DNA of 56,670 nt from a virus (taxonomy: Duplodnaviria > Heunggongvirae > Uroviricota > Caudoviricetes), in IMG/VR virus record IMGVR_UViG_3300045988_159288. One strand, written 5' to 3'. Positions within the stretch are counted from its first letter, which is position 1, and every line of letters starts with the position of its first letter. Of this stretch, positions 16,257-24,789 are shown in pieces. The notes beneath the pieces were generated by a model. It was given only the letters and a program-made list of their open reading frames with translations. It made no database searches and was not told where the DNA came from. A program made the position numbers and the translations under genes.

Positions 16257-16278
16257 GACGCCAAAAGCGTCTTTTTTT
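16257..16278 (+). terminator. Intrinsic terminator
   Basis: Hairpin GACGC-caaaa-GCGTC followed by TTTTTTT. Confidence 0.55.
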
Positions 16279-16299
16279 GTGTCATGCCATCGCACAACC

Positions 16300-16440
16300 A
16301 TACGTAGCACATAGCTCCGAGATCAATGGTAGTGCTGGCTGGGCTGCCGAAAGGCAGGCCGGTTCCCTTTTGCGCCGGTAGTCTCAACCCAGTCAGTGCT
16401 ACCGCCATTGAGATTGAGACCTCACGCGGTAGCTCCTTAA
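16300..16440 (+). ncRNA. Structured leader; candidate c4-like antisense RNA region
   Basis: Long imperfect inverted repeat (16319-16338 vs 16393-16417) with nested hairpins. CAATGGTAG at 16323-16331 is nearly complementary to CTGCCATTG at the icd start; TAGCTCC and GCTGCC recur as direct repeats. Confidence 0.3.
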
Positions 16441-16463
16441 ATTAGCAAAAGGAGGCTGCCATT

Positions 16464-16685
16464 GTGGCTACTATCCCTACCCCTACTCATCCTGAATTTA
16501 TCTGGCGCTTTTACTCCTGCCAAAAACACCACTATCACTTCGTTATCGCAGCAACAGAAGACGAAGCACGCTCTCAATTGCCTGATGGCCCCTGCATTTT
16601 TACTGCCCGTTTTTCAACTAACTCGCGCAATTCACTTAGTTACTGGAGCCTCCCCTTCTCTGCCGACGTTCAGGGGGGTTTATGA
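16464..16685 (+). CDS. icd: Small protein translationally coupled to ant (icd-like)
   Basis: 73 aa; GTG start 8 nt after AGGAGG; stop TGA overlaps the ant ATG (ATGA). Confidence 0.5.
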   Translation: MATIPTPTHPEFIWRFYSCQKHHYHFVIAATEDEARSQLPDGPCIFTARFSTNSRNSLSYWSLPFSADVQGGL

Positions 16686-18091
16686 AAACACCTCTCGTCA
16701 CCCGTAATGAAATAGCCGAAGCGATCGCCTTGCATACTGCCTGTATGCCGACACGGGAGATCCCCGGCGCAATTGCTAACTATTTCATGATAACCAGGCG
16801 TTTTTATACCCGAACAGATAAGGCTGTGATCAACAGGCTACTGATAGCCGAGATCAGGGATTATTTGATTGAACAAGGACGTCTACGTTACGCAACAGTG
16901 GCAGCAGAAATGAGAAAGGAGGCACATAGAATGACCGGTAATAATTTGAATGTTGAAAAACCAGCACCTGTTACGTCAGCTACGCCAGCACCAGCCGTGA
17001 ATATTATCCCCAACACCGGAGACACAATCGACAGCCTGACACTGTTAAAGATGGTCAATGAAGCGCGTAAGTTATGTGGGGAACCAGAGGTTCGGAACAA
17101 CAAATTCATCGAAAAAATACTCGACGAATTAGAAGGTGAGGACGGTTACACAAAAAGTGCAACCGTGCCGCCAGGTGGCGGTACGCCTATGGTTGTCATA
17201 ACCATGACCTACAAACAAGCCCTGCGAGTCGCCGCGCGCGAATCGAAAGCGGTCCGCCGTTCGCTACATACCATGATTCAGTCATTGGAACCTATAAATG
17301 TTGAAAATCAGCCTGATGAAATTCCCGTTCTGGAATGGCAGGGAGTACGCGTCGTGACAACCGAGACTCTTGCTAGAGGGTATGGCACTACACCTATTCG
17401 TATTCAGCAGAACTACAATCGCAATGAAGAACGATTTGTAGAGGGTAAACACTTCTTTAAAATCAAAGGAGATGAGATAAAAAGTTTGCGACTATCTTTT
17501 AGCGAGCTGCAAATTTCCCCCAAGACCAGATCCTTAATACTCTGGACCGAACGCGGAGCGGCACGCATGTCTAAGATCGTAGACACAGAGCAAGCGTGGG
17601 CATTCTTTGAAAAACTGGAAGACAGCTACTTCCGACAAAAAGAACAGCAACCGGTCGCAATCCCCCAGACGCTTCCCGAAGCTCTGCGCCTGGCTGCCGA
17701 GCTGGCTGAACAAAAGCAGCTACTGGAACAGAAAACCCACCAGCTAAATCAGCAGCTGGTGGCCGCAGCCCCTAAAGTCGATTTTGCCGACCGGGTATCA
17801 GTGGCTAATGGAATCCTGATCGGGAACTTTGCAAAGGTCGTTGGACTTAAGCAAAACGCCCTTTTCTCATGGTTGCGCCAGAACGGCATTCTCATGGCTT
17901 TTGGTGCGCGCAAAAACGTACCGCGCCAGCAGTACATCAACGCCGGATATTTCACGGTGAAAGAAGTGGTGCTGGATGATGAAAATGGCTACCAGATACG
18001 GCTGACGCCCCAATTAACGGGTAAAGGGCAGCAGTGGTTAACTCGCAAGCTACTTGATGCTGGTTTGTTAAAACCAGTAGCAATAGGTTAA
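16682..18091 (+). CDS. ant: Antirepressor Ant (ORF6N-like N-terminal part plus KilAC/ANT C-terminal domain)
   Basis: 469 aa; C-terminal block LPEALRLAAELAEQKQ...GKGQQWLTRKLLDAG shared with the next gene; in-frame internal Met could yield a shorter isoform. Confidence 0.65.
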   Translation: MKTPLVTRNEIAEAIALHTACMPTREIPGAIANYFMITRRFYTRTDKAVINRLLIAEIRDYLIEQGRLRYATVAAEMRKEAHRMTGNNLNVEKPAPVTSATPAPAVNIIPNTGDTIDSLTLLKMVNEARKLCGEPEVRNNKFIEKILDELEGEDGYTKSATVPPGGGTPMVVITMTYKQALRVAARESKAVRRSLHTMIQSLEPINVENQPDEIPVLEWQGVRVVTTETLARGYGTTPIRIQQNYNRNEERFVEGKHFFKIKGDEIKSLRLSFSELQISPKTRSLILWTERGAARMSKIVDTEQAWAFFEKLEDSYFRQKEQQPVAIPQTLPEALRLAAELAEQKQLLEQKTHQLNQQLVAAAPKVDFADRVSVANGILIGNFAKVVGLKQNALFSWLRQNGILMAFGARKNVPRQQYINAGYFTVKEVVLDDENGYQIRLTPQLTGKGQQWLTRKLLDAGLLKPVAIG

Positions 18092-18102
18092 CAAAAGAAA
18101 AA

Positions 18103-18128
18103 ACCTGCCAGCAAACTGGCAGGTTTCT
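18103..18128 (+). terminator. Terminator-like hairpin after ant
   Basis: 9-bp stem ACCTGCCAG/CTGGCAGGT with a weak T-tract. Confidence 0.4.
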
Positions 18129-18168
18129 GAGCAGATCGACCAACCCGATCTGGATCGAGTCAGAAAAA

Positions 18169-18185
18169 TTTGCTCTAATAAATTT
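18169..18185 (+). promoter_or_regulatory. C1-type operator with embedded promoter (P1 Op53 position)
   Basis: TTTGCTCTAATAAATTT, 16 of 17 to consensus; TTGCTC-N17-TAAGTG promoter overlaps it. Confidence 0.65.
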
Positions 18186-18254
18186 CGTTTTCTAAGTGCA
18201 AAGAATCACCATTTCGAGCTGGTGATTGAAGGTTGATGCAAATTTGGAGAAAAA

Positions 18255-19055
18255 ATGCAACAAACATTCAATGCGGATATGAATATATCAAACCTTCATC
18301 AAAATGTCGATCCTTCAACCACTCTGCCTGTTATTTGTGGTGTTGAAATTACGACCGACCGCGCTGGCCGTTACAACCTTAATGCTCTACACAGAGCGAG
18401 CGGACTCGGTGCCCATAAAGCGCCAGCTCAATGGCTAAGAACGCTGTCAGCCAAACAGCTCATCGAAGAGCTTGAAAAAGAAACTATGCAGAATTGCATA
18501 GTTTCGTTCGAAGGCCGTGGCGGCGGCACTTTTGCCCATGAATTGCTCGCTGTGGAGTACGCAGGCTGGATTTCTCCCGCGTTTCGGCTGAAGGTAAACC
18601 AGACATTTATCGACTATCGAGCTGGAAGATTACAACCTGCTATTCCGCAGAGTCTCCCTGAAGCTCTCCGTTTGGCTGCCGACCTGGCAGAGCAAAAGCA
18701 ACGGCTGGAGCAAAAAATGCTTATGGATGCACCTAAAGTCGAATTCGCCGAACGCGTTGCTACCGCCAGCGGGGTTCTAATCGGCAACTATGCCAAAGTG
18801 CTCGGCCTGGGCCAAAACTATCTCTTCACCTGGTTGCGTGATAACGGAATTCTGATCGCAACCGGTGAACGCAGGAACGTCCCCAAACAAGAATACATAT
18901 CCCGTGGGTATTTCACCCTTAAAGAAACCGTGATCGATACAAGCAATGGAAGCAGGATTTCTTTCACGACTCGTATAACCGGCAAAGGTCAGCAGTGGCT
19001 GATGAAGCGATTGCTTGATGCTGGTGTGCTGGTACCTGTCGCGGCAACGCGCTAA
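18255..19055 (+). CDS. kilA: KilA (KilA-N domain plus KilAC/ANT C-terminal domain)
   Basis: 266 aa; RBS GGAGAAAAA; N-terminal KilA-N-type block; C-terminal domain paralogous to the Ant C-terminus. Confidence 0.6.
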   Translation: MQQTFNADMNISNLHQNVDPSTTLPVICGVEITTDRAGRYNLNALHRASGLGAHKAPAQWLRTLSAKQLIEELEKETMQNCIVSFEGRGGGTFAHELLAVEYAGWISPAFRLKVNQTFIDYRAGRLQPAIPQSLPEALRLAADLAEQKQRLEQKMLMDAPKVEFAERVATASGVLIGNYAKVLGLGQNYLFTWLRDNGILIATGERRNVPKQEYISRGYFTLKETVIDTSNGSRISFTTRITGKGQQWLMKRLLDAGVLVPVAATR

Positions 19056-19084
19056 CAGACGTAGTAAGAACCACCAGCATTGTA

Positions 19085-19930
19085 ATGCTGGCTAAAGTCA
19101 CTTTCCTGAGCTGTATAACGATGAGCGATTTTACTTTTTCTGGCTATGAATTGGCCTGCTTTGTAACACACTCCGGTCTATCCCGTAGCGCCGGGCATAT
19201 CCTGTCGCAATGTGCAAATCTCGCGGCAACAACCAGTGAATACTTCATTCACAAGCCTCACCGCCTGATCGCGGCAGAAACTGGTTATAGCCAATCAACC
19301 GTCGTTCGTGCATTCCGTGAAGCTGTAAACAAAGGAATTCTGTCTGTAGAGATTGTTATCGGCGATCACCGTGAACGTCGCGCTAACCTGTACCGGTTTA
19401 CGCCATCCTTTTTGGCCTTCGCACAACAAGCCAAAAATGCGCTGATTGAAAGCAAATTAAAGATCTCTTCAGCGGCAACCAAGGTTAAAGCTGTTCTCGC
19501 TAAGACATTGGCTTTATTTAATTTTTTATCCACACCCCCATGTCAAAATGATACCCCCTCCCCCTGTCAGGATGACGTGGCAATAAAGAATAAGAAGTCA
19601 CAAGTTAAAAAAACAAAAAGATCAGTTTCCGGCGGTGCCGGAACGAGCAGACTCAAAAAATTGACTTCATGGATCGCTGAGGCAAAAGCAAAGGCTGACA
19701 ATCTGCGGTTATCCAAAAAGCGCGCTCAAAAACATGAGTTCAAGCAGAAAGTAGAGGCGGCAGCGCGGAAATATGCTTACCTGAAGAACAAGCGTTCTCC
19801 TGATATTGGCGGGGTATCAAACTTCGATAATTTGCCGCATTGCATGACGGTAAACGAAGCTCTTAATGCGGTTTTAGCCAAAAATAAAGATAACGAACAA
19901 TGGGGTATACCGGCAGGATTCAGAGGGTGA
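19085..19930 (+). CDS. repL: Lytic replicon initiator RepL-like protein
   Basis: 281 aa; winged-HTH-like N-terminus; directly downstream of kilA as in P1. Confidence 0.5.
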   Translation: MLAKVTFLSCITMSDFTFSGYELACFVTHSGLSRSAGHILSQCANLAATTSEYFIHKPHRLIAAETGYSQSTVVRAFREAVNKGILSVEIVIGDHRERRANLYRFTPSFLAFAQQAKNALIESKLKISSAATKVKAVLAKTLALFNFLSTPPCQNDTPSPCQDDVAIKNKKSQVKKTKRSVSGGAGTSRLKKLTSWIAEAKAKADNLRLSKKRAQKHEFKQKVEAAARKYAYLKNKRSPDIGGVSNFDNLPHCMTVNEALNAVLAKNKDNEQWGIPAGFRG

Positions 19931-19980
19931 TAGATTGCTCTAATCTGGAGTCACCTGGCGTTTTCAGTTTGAGGTCGGAG

Positions 19981-20226
19981 ATGCAATCTGATTTTTTACA
20001 GTTAGCGATCGCTTTTGCAGGATATGTTTGTATTGGCTTCTGTGTATACATGATCAGCCGAAAAATGCTTGTCGATATCGACCGCAAAGAACAAGCAGAG
20101 GAGATCTTAGAATGGATTTTCTTTGGCGCGGTCTGGCCATTAGGGATCATGTTTGCTGCAACATTTCTTCTGATGTGGATATTCACCCTTCCAGGTGATT
20201 TCTATAGAAAAAAAGCCAGACATTGA
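19981..20226 (+). CDS. Small membrane protein (2 TM)
   Basis: ATG preceded by GAGG; two hydrophobic helices. Confidence 0.35.
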   Translation: MQSDFLQLAIAFAGYVCIGFCVYMISRKMLVDIDRKEQAEEILEWIFFGAVWPLGIMFAATFLLMWIFTLPGDFYRKKARH

Positions 20227-20408
20227 TACAATCGTTGCGGGTGCTTGAGGCTATCTGCTTCAGGCATTACCCGAAAAGCAGATAGAAGAAAGCCCCAGAT
20301 AACATTACGCGTCCTGCAAGACGCTTAACATTAATCTGAGGCCATATCTATGCTTAGCATACGTAGATTAACCCTCTCCCCTTTTAAGGAGCAAGGAATT
20401 TTTTACTG

Positions 20409-21005
20409 CTATGCCGCATTTCCAATTATGGATTCAGCGACCAGAACAACCCCATGCTTACTTCGATCTGGGTGTTCACTCCATATCTCGGATTCAGGAA
20501 TACTTACCCCGTCATAGCAAACACGTTCGCCGTCAAACGGGTAATACTGAGCGGCATCGGTGTCAAGGATAAACACTTTTAGCTCGGAAGAGCGACGGGC
20601 GATGTGTTGCCAAAGAGCTTTTCCACCTTCGTATTGCTCATTATCACTGAGCAAAACAACACCAGCTTTTGAGGCTACGGTTTCGTAAACAAAAGTAGCT
20701 AAACCGACATCCCGGACGGTTCCATCAACCACGATACCTTCAATCTGGGCAACATCGCTATCCTCCCAGAACTTCCTTACCAGTACGCCTTCAAGCTGCG
20801 GGCGACGTTGAAGTTCAAGAGTAGCGACAACCTTATGGCGCATATCACCATCGATAATAGAAGGCGCAGCCTCTATTACAGCTGCAAATGGGGTTTTGGA
20901 ATCCCATATAACCTGGTAAAGCACACCTTGGATGGTAACTCCGTCCAGGATCGAAAATCGACGAGCGACAGTACCCGGGGAGTACGACATTGGAATCACA
21001 GCCAT
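20409..21005 (-). CDS. Hypothetical protein
   Basis: Start moved to the internal ATG at 21005 (RBS AAGGGGGA 8 nt upstream); the track start at 21041 has a GAGG only 3 nt upstream. Confidence 0.4.
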   Translation of the reverse strand: MAVIPMSYSPGTVARRFSILDGVTIQGVLYQVIWDSKTPFAAVIEAAPSIIDGDMRHKVVATLELQRRPQLEGVLVRKFWEDSDVAQIEGIVVDGTVRDVGLATFVYETVASKAGVVLLSDNEQYEGGKALWQHIARRSSELKVFILDTDAAQYYPFDGERVCYDGVSIPESEIWSEHPDRSKHGVVLVAESIIGNAA

Positions 21006-21131
21006 TTTAGAGTCCCCCTTTAACAGTACAGGCACAAACATCTACCTCAATAATTGTAGTTTATTAGAACATTAATAATCTAACATAAAACTCCAGACAA
21101 TGTTATCGATGCATGTTTATATAAAATAGTT

Positions 21132-21157
21132 ATAAAAAAAGCTCCCGAAGGAGCTTT
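21132..21157 (-). terminator. Intrinsic terminator closing the head/sheath/tube operon
   Basis: Minus strand hairpin AAAGCTCC-ttcg-GGAGCTTT followed by TTTTTTT. Confidence 0.7.
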
Positions 21158-21176
21158 AAAATACAAGGGATGACTC

Positions 21177-21686
21177 TTAATCCCACTCAATCCAGTTGTA
21201 GACGATACGAAGTGACGGGCGCACAGCGGCAGTCACATCTTCGGTACTAAAGTCGATTGCATCACTGTAGATTTTGCAGTCCAACATTTCAATTGTTGTA
21301 GCAGCTTTTGTCACAGCGTTAACCCCGGAAGATTTGGATTCAGGGGTCGCAGCCATCGTGATATCAACATAGTCCTTCGCCGCAATGCGATCTTTAATGA
21401 ACTGAAGAATATCGCCTTCGATAGTCTCCACGCACTGGACCTGGATTTCCCCGGAGTTACGGATTGGACCGTGCTGGTTGAACTTCACACCATTTGGGCC
21501 ATAGTCCTCCACATCCTCGCGGGTCATTTCAGGGATTTGCGACGTGCGAACCAGTACGCTGATATCTTCATAGCCTGCAAAAGTGAGCTGGAATTCAGAA
21601 GATACCAGTCGTTCGCCTTTGGCCGCGTTGGCAGTATAGCGGCCCTTAATAAATTTACGGTTTCCCTTAGTGTTATTGTGCCCCAT
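21177..21686 (-). CDS. Putative tail tube protein
   Basis: 169 aa; size and position downstream of the sheath gene; RBS AAAGGA. Confidence 0.45.
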   Translation of the reverse strand: MGHNNTKGNRKFIKGRYTANAAKGERLVSSEFQLTFAGYEDISVLVRTSQIPEMTREDVEDYGPNGVKFNQHGPIRNSGEIQVQCVETIEGDILQFIKDRIAAKDYVDITMAATPESKSSGVNAVTKAATTIEMLDCKIYSDAIDFSTEDVTAAVRPSLRIVYNWIEWD

Positions 21687-21697
21687 ATAAAATCCTT

Positions 21698-22279
21698 TTA
21701 CTGGAACGCCCGAACAATATCGGAGCTGTTATATATCGAAGAACCGGTCAACTGGAGGTTGACGGTGTTTTTCAGGAAATATCCATTACTGTCCCTTGGC
21801 GCATCGAGATCAAAACTTAAGTCCTGGATGGCGACATCGGTGATGTTGATCCGGCGACCAATGTTTAGCGTCACGCGCTCCGGGATTCGACCACCAACAT
21901 TGGCCGCTTTTAGTTCCGGGCTAATCATGGCTGTCAACGCGGCGATAGCGCCTGAAACTTCAATGAATGGATTGTTCAAAGCAATGAAAGTTACGGGCAG
22001 CGTGAACGTCGGCGGAGTCCCCCCTTCCCAAACCATTAAGCTATTCCAACGGGCAACAGACGTTGTTTCAGTACCTACTTGCACAAAACCACCCAGAGCA
22101 CCAGAAACAGATCCCATGGACATACCGGTAAATGGCGCTTCCCAATTCTGGGCCATGTTCATTGCCGCTCCCTGGCTGATATATCCGGTAACCTGGTACT
22201 GAGAGTTCGTTAAAGTAACTTTCAGATATGGCGATACACCGTCAGCCTGGCTGTAAACCCCATAAGCTATAGGAGCCAT
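21698..22279 (-). CDS. Tail-associated structural protein (possible second tube-like protein)
   Basis: 193 aa; a hairpin (GGCCGGAgaacTCCGGCC) lies just upstream of its start. Confidence 0.35.
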   Translation of the reverse strand: MAPIAYGVYSQADGVSPYLKVTLTNSQYQVTGYISQGAAMNMAQNWEAPFTGMSMGSVSGALGGFVQVGTETTSVARWNSLMVWEGGTPPTFTLPVTFIALNNPFIEVSGAIAALTAMISPELKAANVGGRIPERVTLNIGRRINITDVAIQDLSFDLDAPRDSNGYFLKNTVNLQLTGSSIYNSSDIVRAFQ

Positions 22280-22314
22280 TCAAGTTAAAGGCCGGAGTTC
22301 TCCGGCCCCCTCCT

Positions 22315-23130
22315 TTAGCCAAGGCGCTTACGGCGCAGTTTCATTGACTTTTTGCGGGCAAGTTTTGCCGCGCCGGTCTGGGCTTTTCGACGCGCTTTTT
22401 TCAGCGCCGATTTTTGAGCCGCAGTCAGACGTTTTTTACGCAGGCGTTTACGGATGAGTTTGATCTCACCGTTACGAACAACCTTCTTAAATGCTTCAGT
22501 CAGCATTTCATCAGAAGTGCCAGCAACAACAAACGCCGCTTCCAGTTCGTCACGGTCGTCGCTATCTAAACCAGCGATAGAGGCACCAACATCGGCAGCA
22601 GCGTCGTCGTCTTCATCGTCAGCCAGTGCTTCGATCAGGTCATCATCTACACCGCATGCTGCGAGGAAGTCAGCAACATTTGCCCATGCTTCGTTATAGG
22701 CATCGTCCTGTTCTTCTGTAACTTCGGAGTCGTCGTCATCAGAGATACCAGCGATAGCCTGAACGAAACCATCAAGGGAGTCGAAAGTCAGATCACCGCT
22801 ATCAGCCCAGGAGAAAACGGCGTCGGCCGCATCACTCAACGCATTCTGCATAGCACTTCGATTTGCAGCTTCCAGAATCATCTGGTGCGCCTGTTCGACG
22901 GTCCATTCTTTACCGTCTTTCCCTTCCAGGATTTGCTCTGGAGCCGGGGCAGATGGAACGTTATCGTTAGTCTGTGCCGCCGGTTCCGGATTATTATTAA
23001 TAGCCGGATCTGTTGGCGGTTCGGCGCTTGCTCGGGCAGACTCCATCAGCTGCACAGGATCAGAGTTCAAAGCGAAACGGGACAGTCCATTCCCCAAAAA
23101 TGCCCCGGATTGAAAAAAGTTTTTGCTCAT
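22315..23130 (-). CDS. Acidic protein with Lys/Arg-rich C-terminal tail
   Basis: 271 aa; long Asp/Glu-rich core followed by KKVVRNGEIKLIRKRLRKKRL...; RBS AAGGGAA. Confidence 0.4.
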   Translation of the reverse strand: MSKNFFQSGAFLGNGLSRFALNSDPVQLMESARASAEPPTDPAINNNPEPAAQTNDNVPSAPAPEQILEGKDGKEWTVEQAHQMILEAANRSAMQNALSDAADAVFSWADSGDLTFDSLDGFVQAIAGISDDDDSEVTEEQDDAYNEAWANVADFLAACGVDDDLIEALADDEDDDAAADVGASIAGLDSDDRDELEAAFVVAGTSDEMLTEAFKKVVRNGEIKLIRKRLRKKRLTAAQKSALKKARRKAQTGAAKLARKKSMKLRRKRLG

Positions 23131-23139
23131 TGTATTCCC

Positions 23140-24729
23140 TTACTTAATAAGCAGCGGTACGCCCTGGATACGACGGGCTACGCCAGTCGGGCAGCAGGCC
23201 CAGACTACTTCCCATTTATCGAATTCCGCCTGCGTAACTTTCAGCACATACGGTTCTGTACCGTCAGCATCGGGATCACGAGGAGCCACCAGAGCGCCGG
23301 AGGCGACAAAGCGATCTAAAAGTTTGGTCATCCCTTTAGTCAGGCCAGCCGCAGTAATACCGTCCGGGCTATGCTTCATCTGTCGGGCTAACTGGACAAA
23401 GAAACGGCTGATTGCATTCATCAGGGATGGGACGTGCTGGAAGTGCAGATAGTTATCCTGCGTGCAGCAAGTTAAAGCATCGTCGATGATCATCTGGCCA
23501 GAGGTGCCAACAGATACTTTATTGAGACGGCCCTTGACCATTGCTTCTTCGTCCGGGGTATCTTCCGGATACAGCGGTTGAATTGACGCACGAGCAATGA
23601 CGGCACGTTCTTCACCAGCCGGTGAGTAATGCCAACCGCCGACATCAGAGTTTTTCTTGACGCCACGAGCTTTCGCCGCATACGCCGCGCCAGACAGACC
23701 GAAGACCACACGGGATTGGGTCCATTTGTCTTTGCAGGAGAACGGGTAGTGATAGACAGAACAGCTTACATAATCGGTACCAAGTAAACCGGTACCCTCA
23801 ACAGCTGTTAGTGCTTCTGCGTACCTTAATGTCGGTTTGACATCAAAGAAGCCATCAATCAGGCGATCTGCACAGATTTTACCTAATGCGGTGATAGCCG
23901 CATTGTCATAGCAGCCCAGGCCAAGAACAGCGGTGTACATGTACGGCGCATTATTCAGCACTTTAACCGCACGCAGGTACGCAGCGGTTGAGATTTTCGA
24001 CTGATCGCCGTTGGTACCGCCAGTGAACGCCAACGATTTTTTGTTTGTTACTTTCGCTGTCGAAATCAGCTCTTCATTAACAACCGCGCGCAGATATTTA
24101 GAACGGGCTTCCAGAGCCGTAGGCAGATAACACAAGCGGCCCATGTCATCTTTCGCTTCTTCCGCCAAAGACACAGTGTGTGTCTCCAGGGTCGTTACCA
24201 CGCCGAGCGAAGTCGTCTGGGTCAGTTTTAAGAGGAAGCGTTCATTACCCGCGCTGTCCGCTGTTGCCGTTTCGATGGTTAACTCACGGGTAGGTGAAAT
24301 ACACGGATCACCATCATCAACGTAGATAGCAAAGGCTTCGCCACTATCAAGTTCAATTTCAGAACCGTATGGCAACGCACTGTAAGCCGGTTCGCCTGAT
24401 TCATCGAACATAATAATCGGGAACTTCGCATCATCCGGAACAGCGCGAACAACATAACCAGACGTTTGCTGAATAGCTTCGTATACATGGCGAATTGGTT
24501 CGAACTGTGAGCCGGAAGACGGCTTCAGCGGTTCGCCGAGAACATCTTCGTAATTGGACTCAGTAACCGCAAGAACAGTAAACGGCTTGCCACGCGCAAA
24601 TACGCCAATACCAGCCCATAAGCTGCTATTTAATGCAACACCGGTAGATAACGTCGCATCGGCATTGATCGGGCTAACCGCGACGCCGGATGCATTACCT
24701 AATGACTGTTGAATTGAATATTGAGACAT
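23140..24729 (-). CDS. Contractile tail sheath protein
   Basis: 529 aa; sheath-like C-terminal region; followed by tube-like genes. Confidence 0.6.
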   Translation of the reverse strand: MSQYSIQQSLGNASGVAVSPINADATLSTGVALNSSLWAGIGVFARGKPFTVLAVTESNYEDVLGEPLKPSSGSQFEPIRHVYEAIQQTSGYVVRAVPDDAKFPIIMFDESGEPAYSALPYGSEIELDSGEAFAIYVDDGDPCISPTRELTIETATADSAGNERFLLKLTQTTSLGVVTTLETHTVSLAEEAKDDMGRLCYLPTALEARSKYLRAVVNEELISTAKVTNKKSLAFTGGTNGDQSKISTAAYLRAVKVLNNAPYMYTAVLGLGCYDNAAITALGKICADRLIDGFFDVKPTLRYAEALTAVEGTGLLGTDYVSCSVYHYPFSCKDKWTQSRVVFGLSGAAYAAKARGVKKNSDVGGWHYSPAGEERAVIARASIQPLYPEDTPDEEAMVKGRLNKVSVGTSGQMIIDDALTCCTQDNYLHFQHVPSLMNAISRFFVQLARQMKHSPDGITAAGLTKGMTKLLDRFVASGALVAPRDPDADGTEPYVLKVTQAEFDKWEVVWACCPTGVARRIQGVPLLIK

Positions 24730-24789
24730 AACTTTCCCTGTTATGCGCCCCGCACGGGGGCGCTATGTTAAACGGAGAACTTCCCCTGA

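Noticed and set aside
15920-16408. ORFs of 84-95 aa in the immunity-type control region
   Set aside because: They cross promoters, the operator and the terminator hairpin; the region is better explained as regulatory and RNA-coding.
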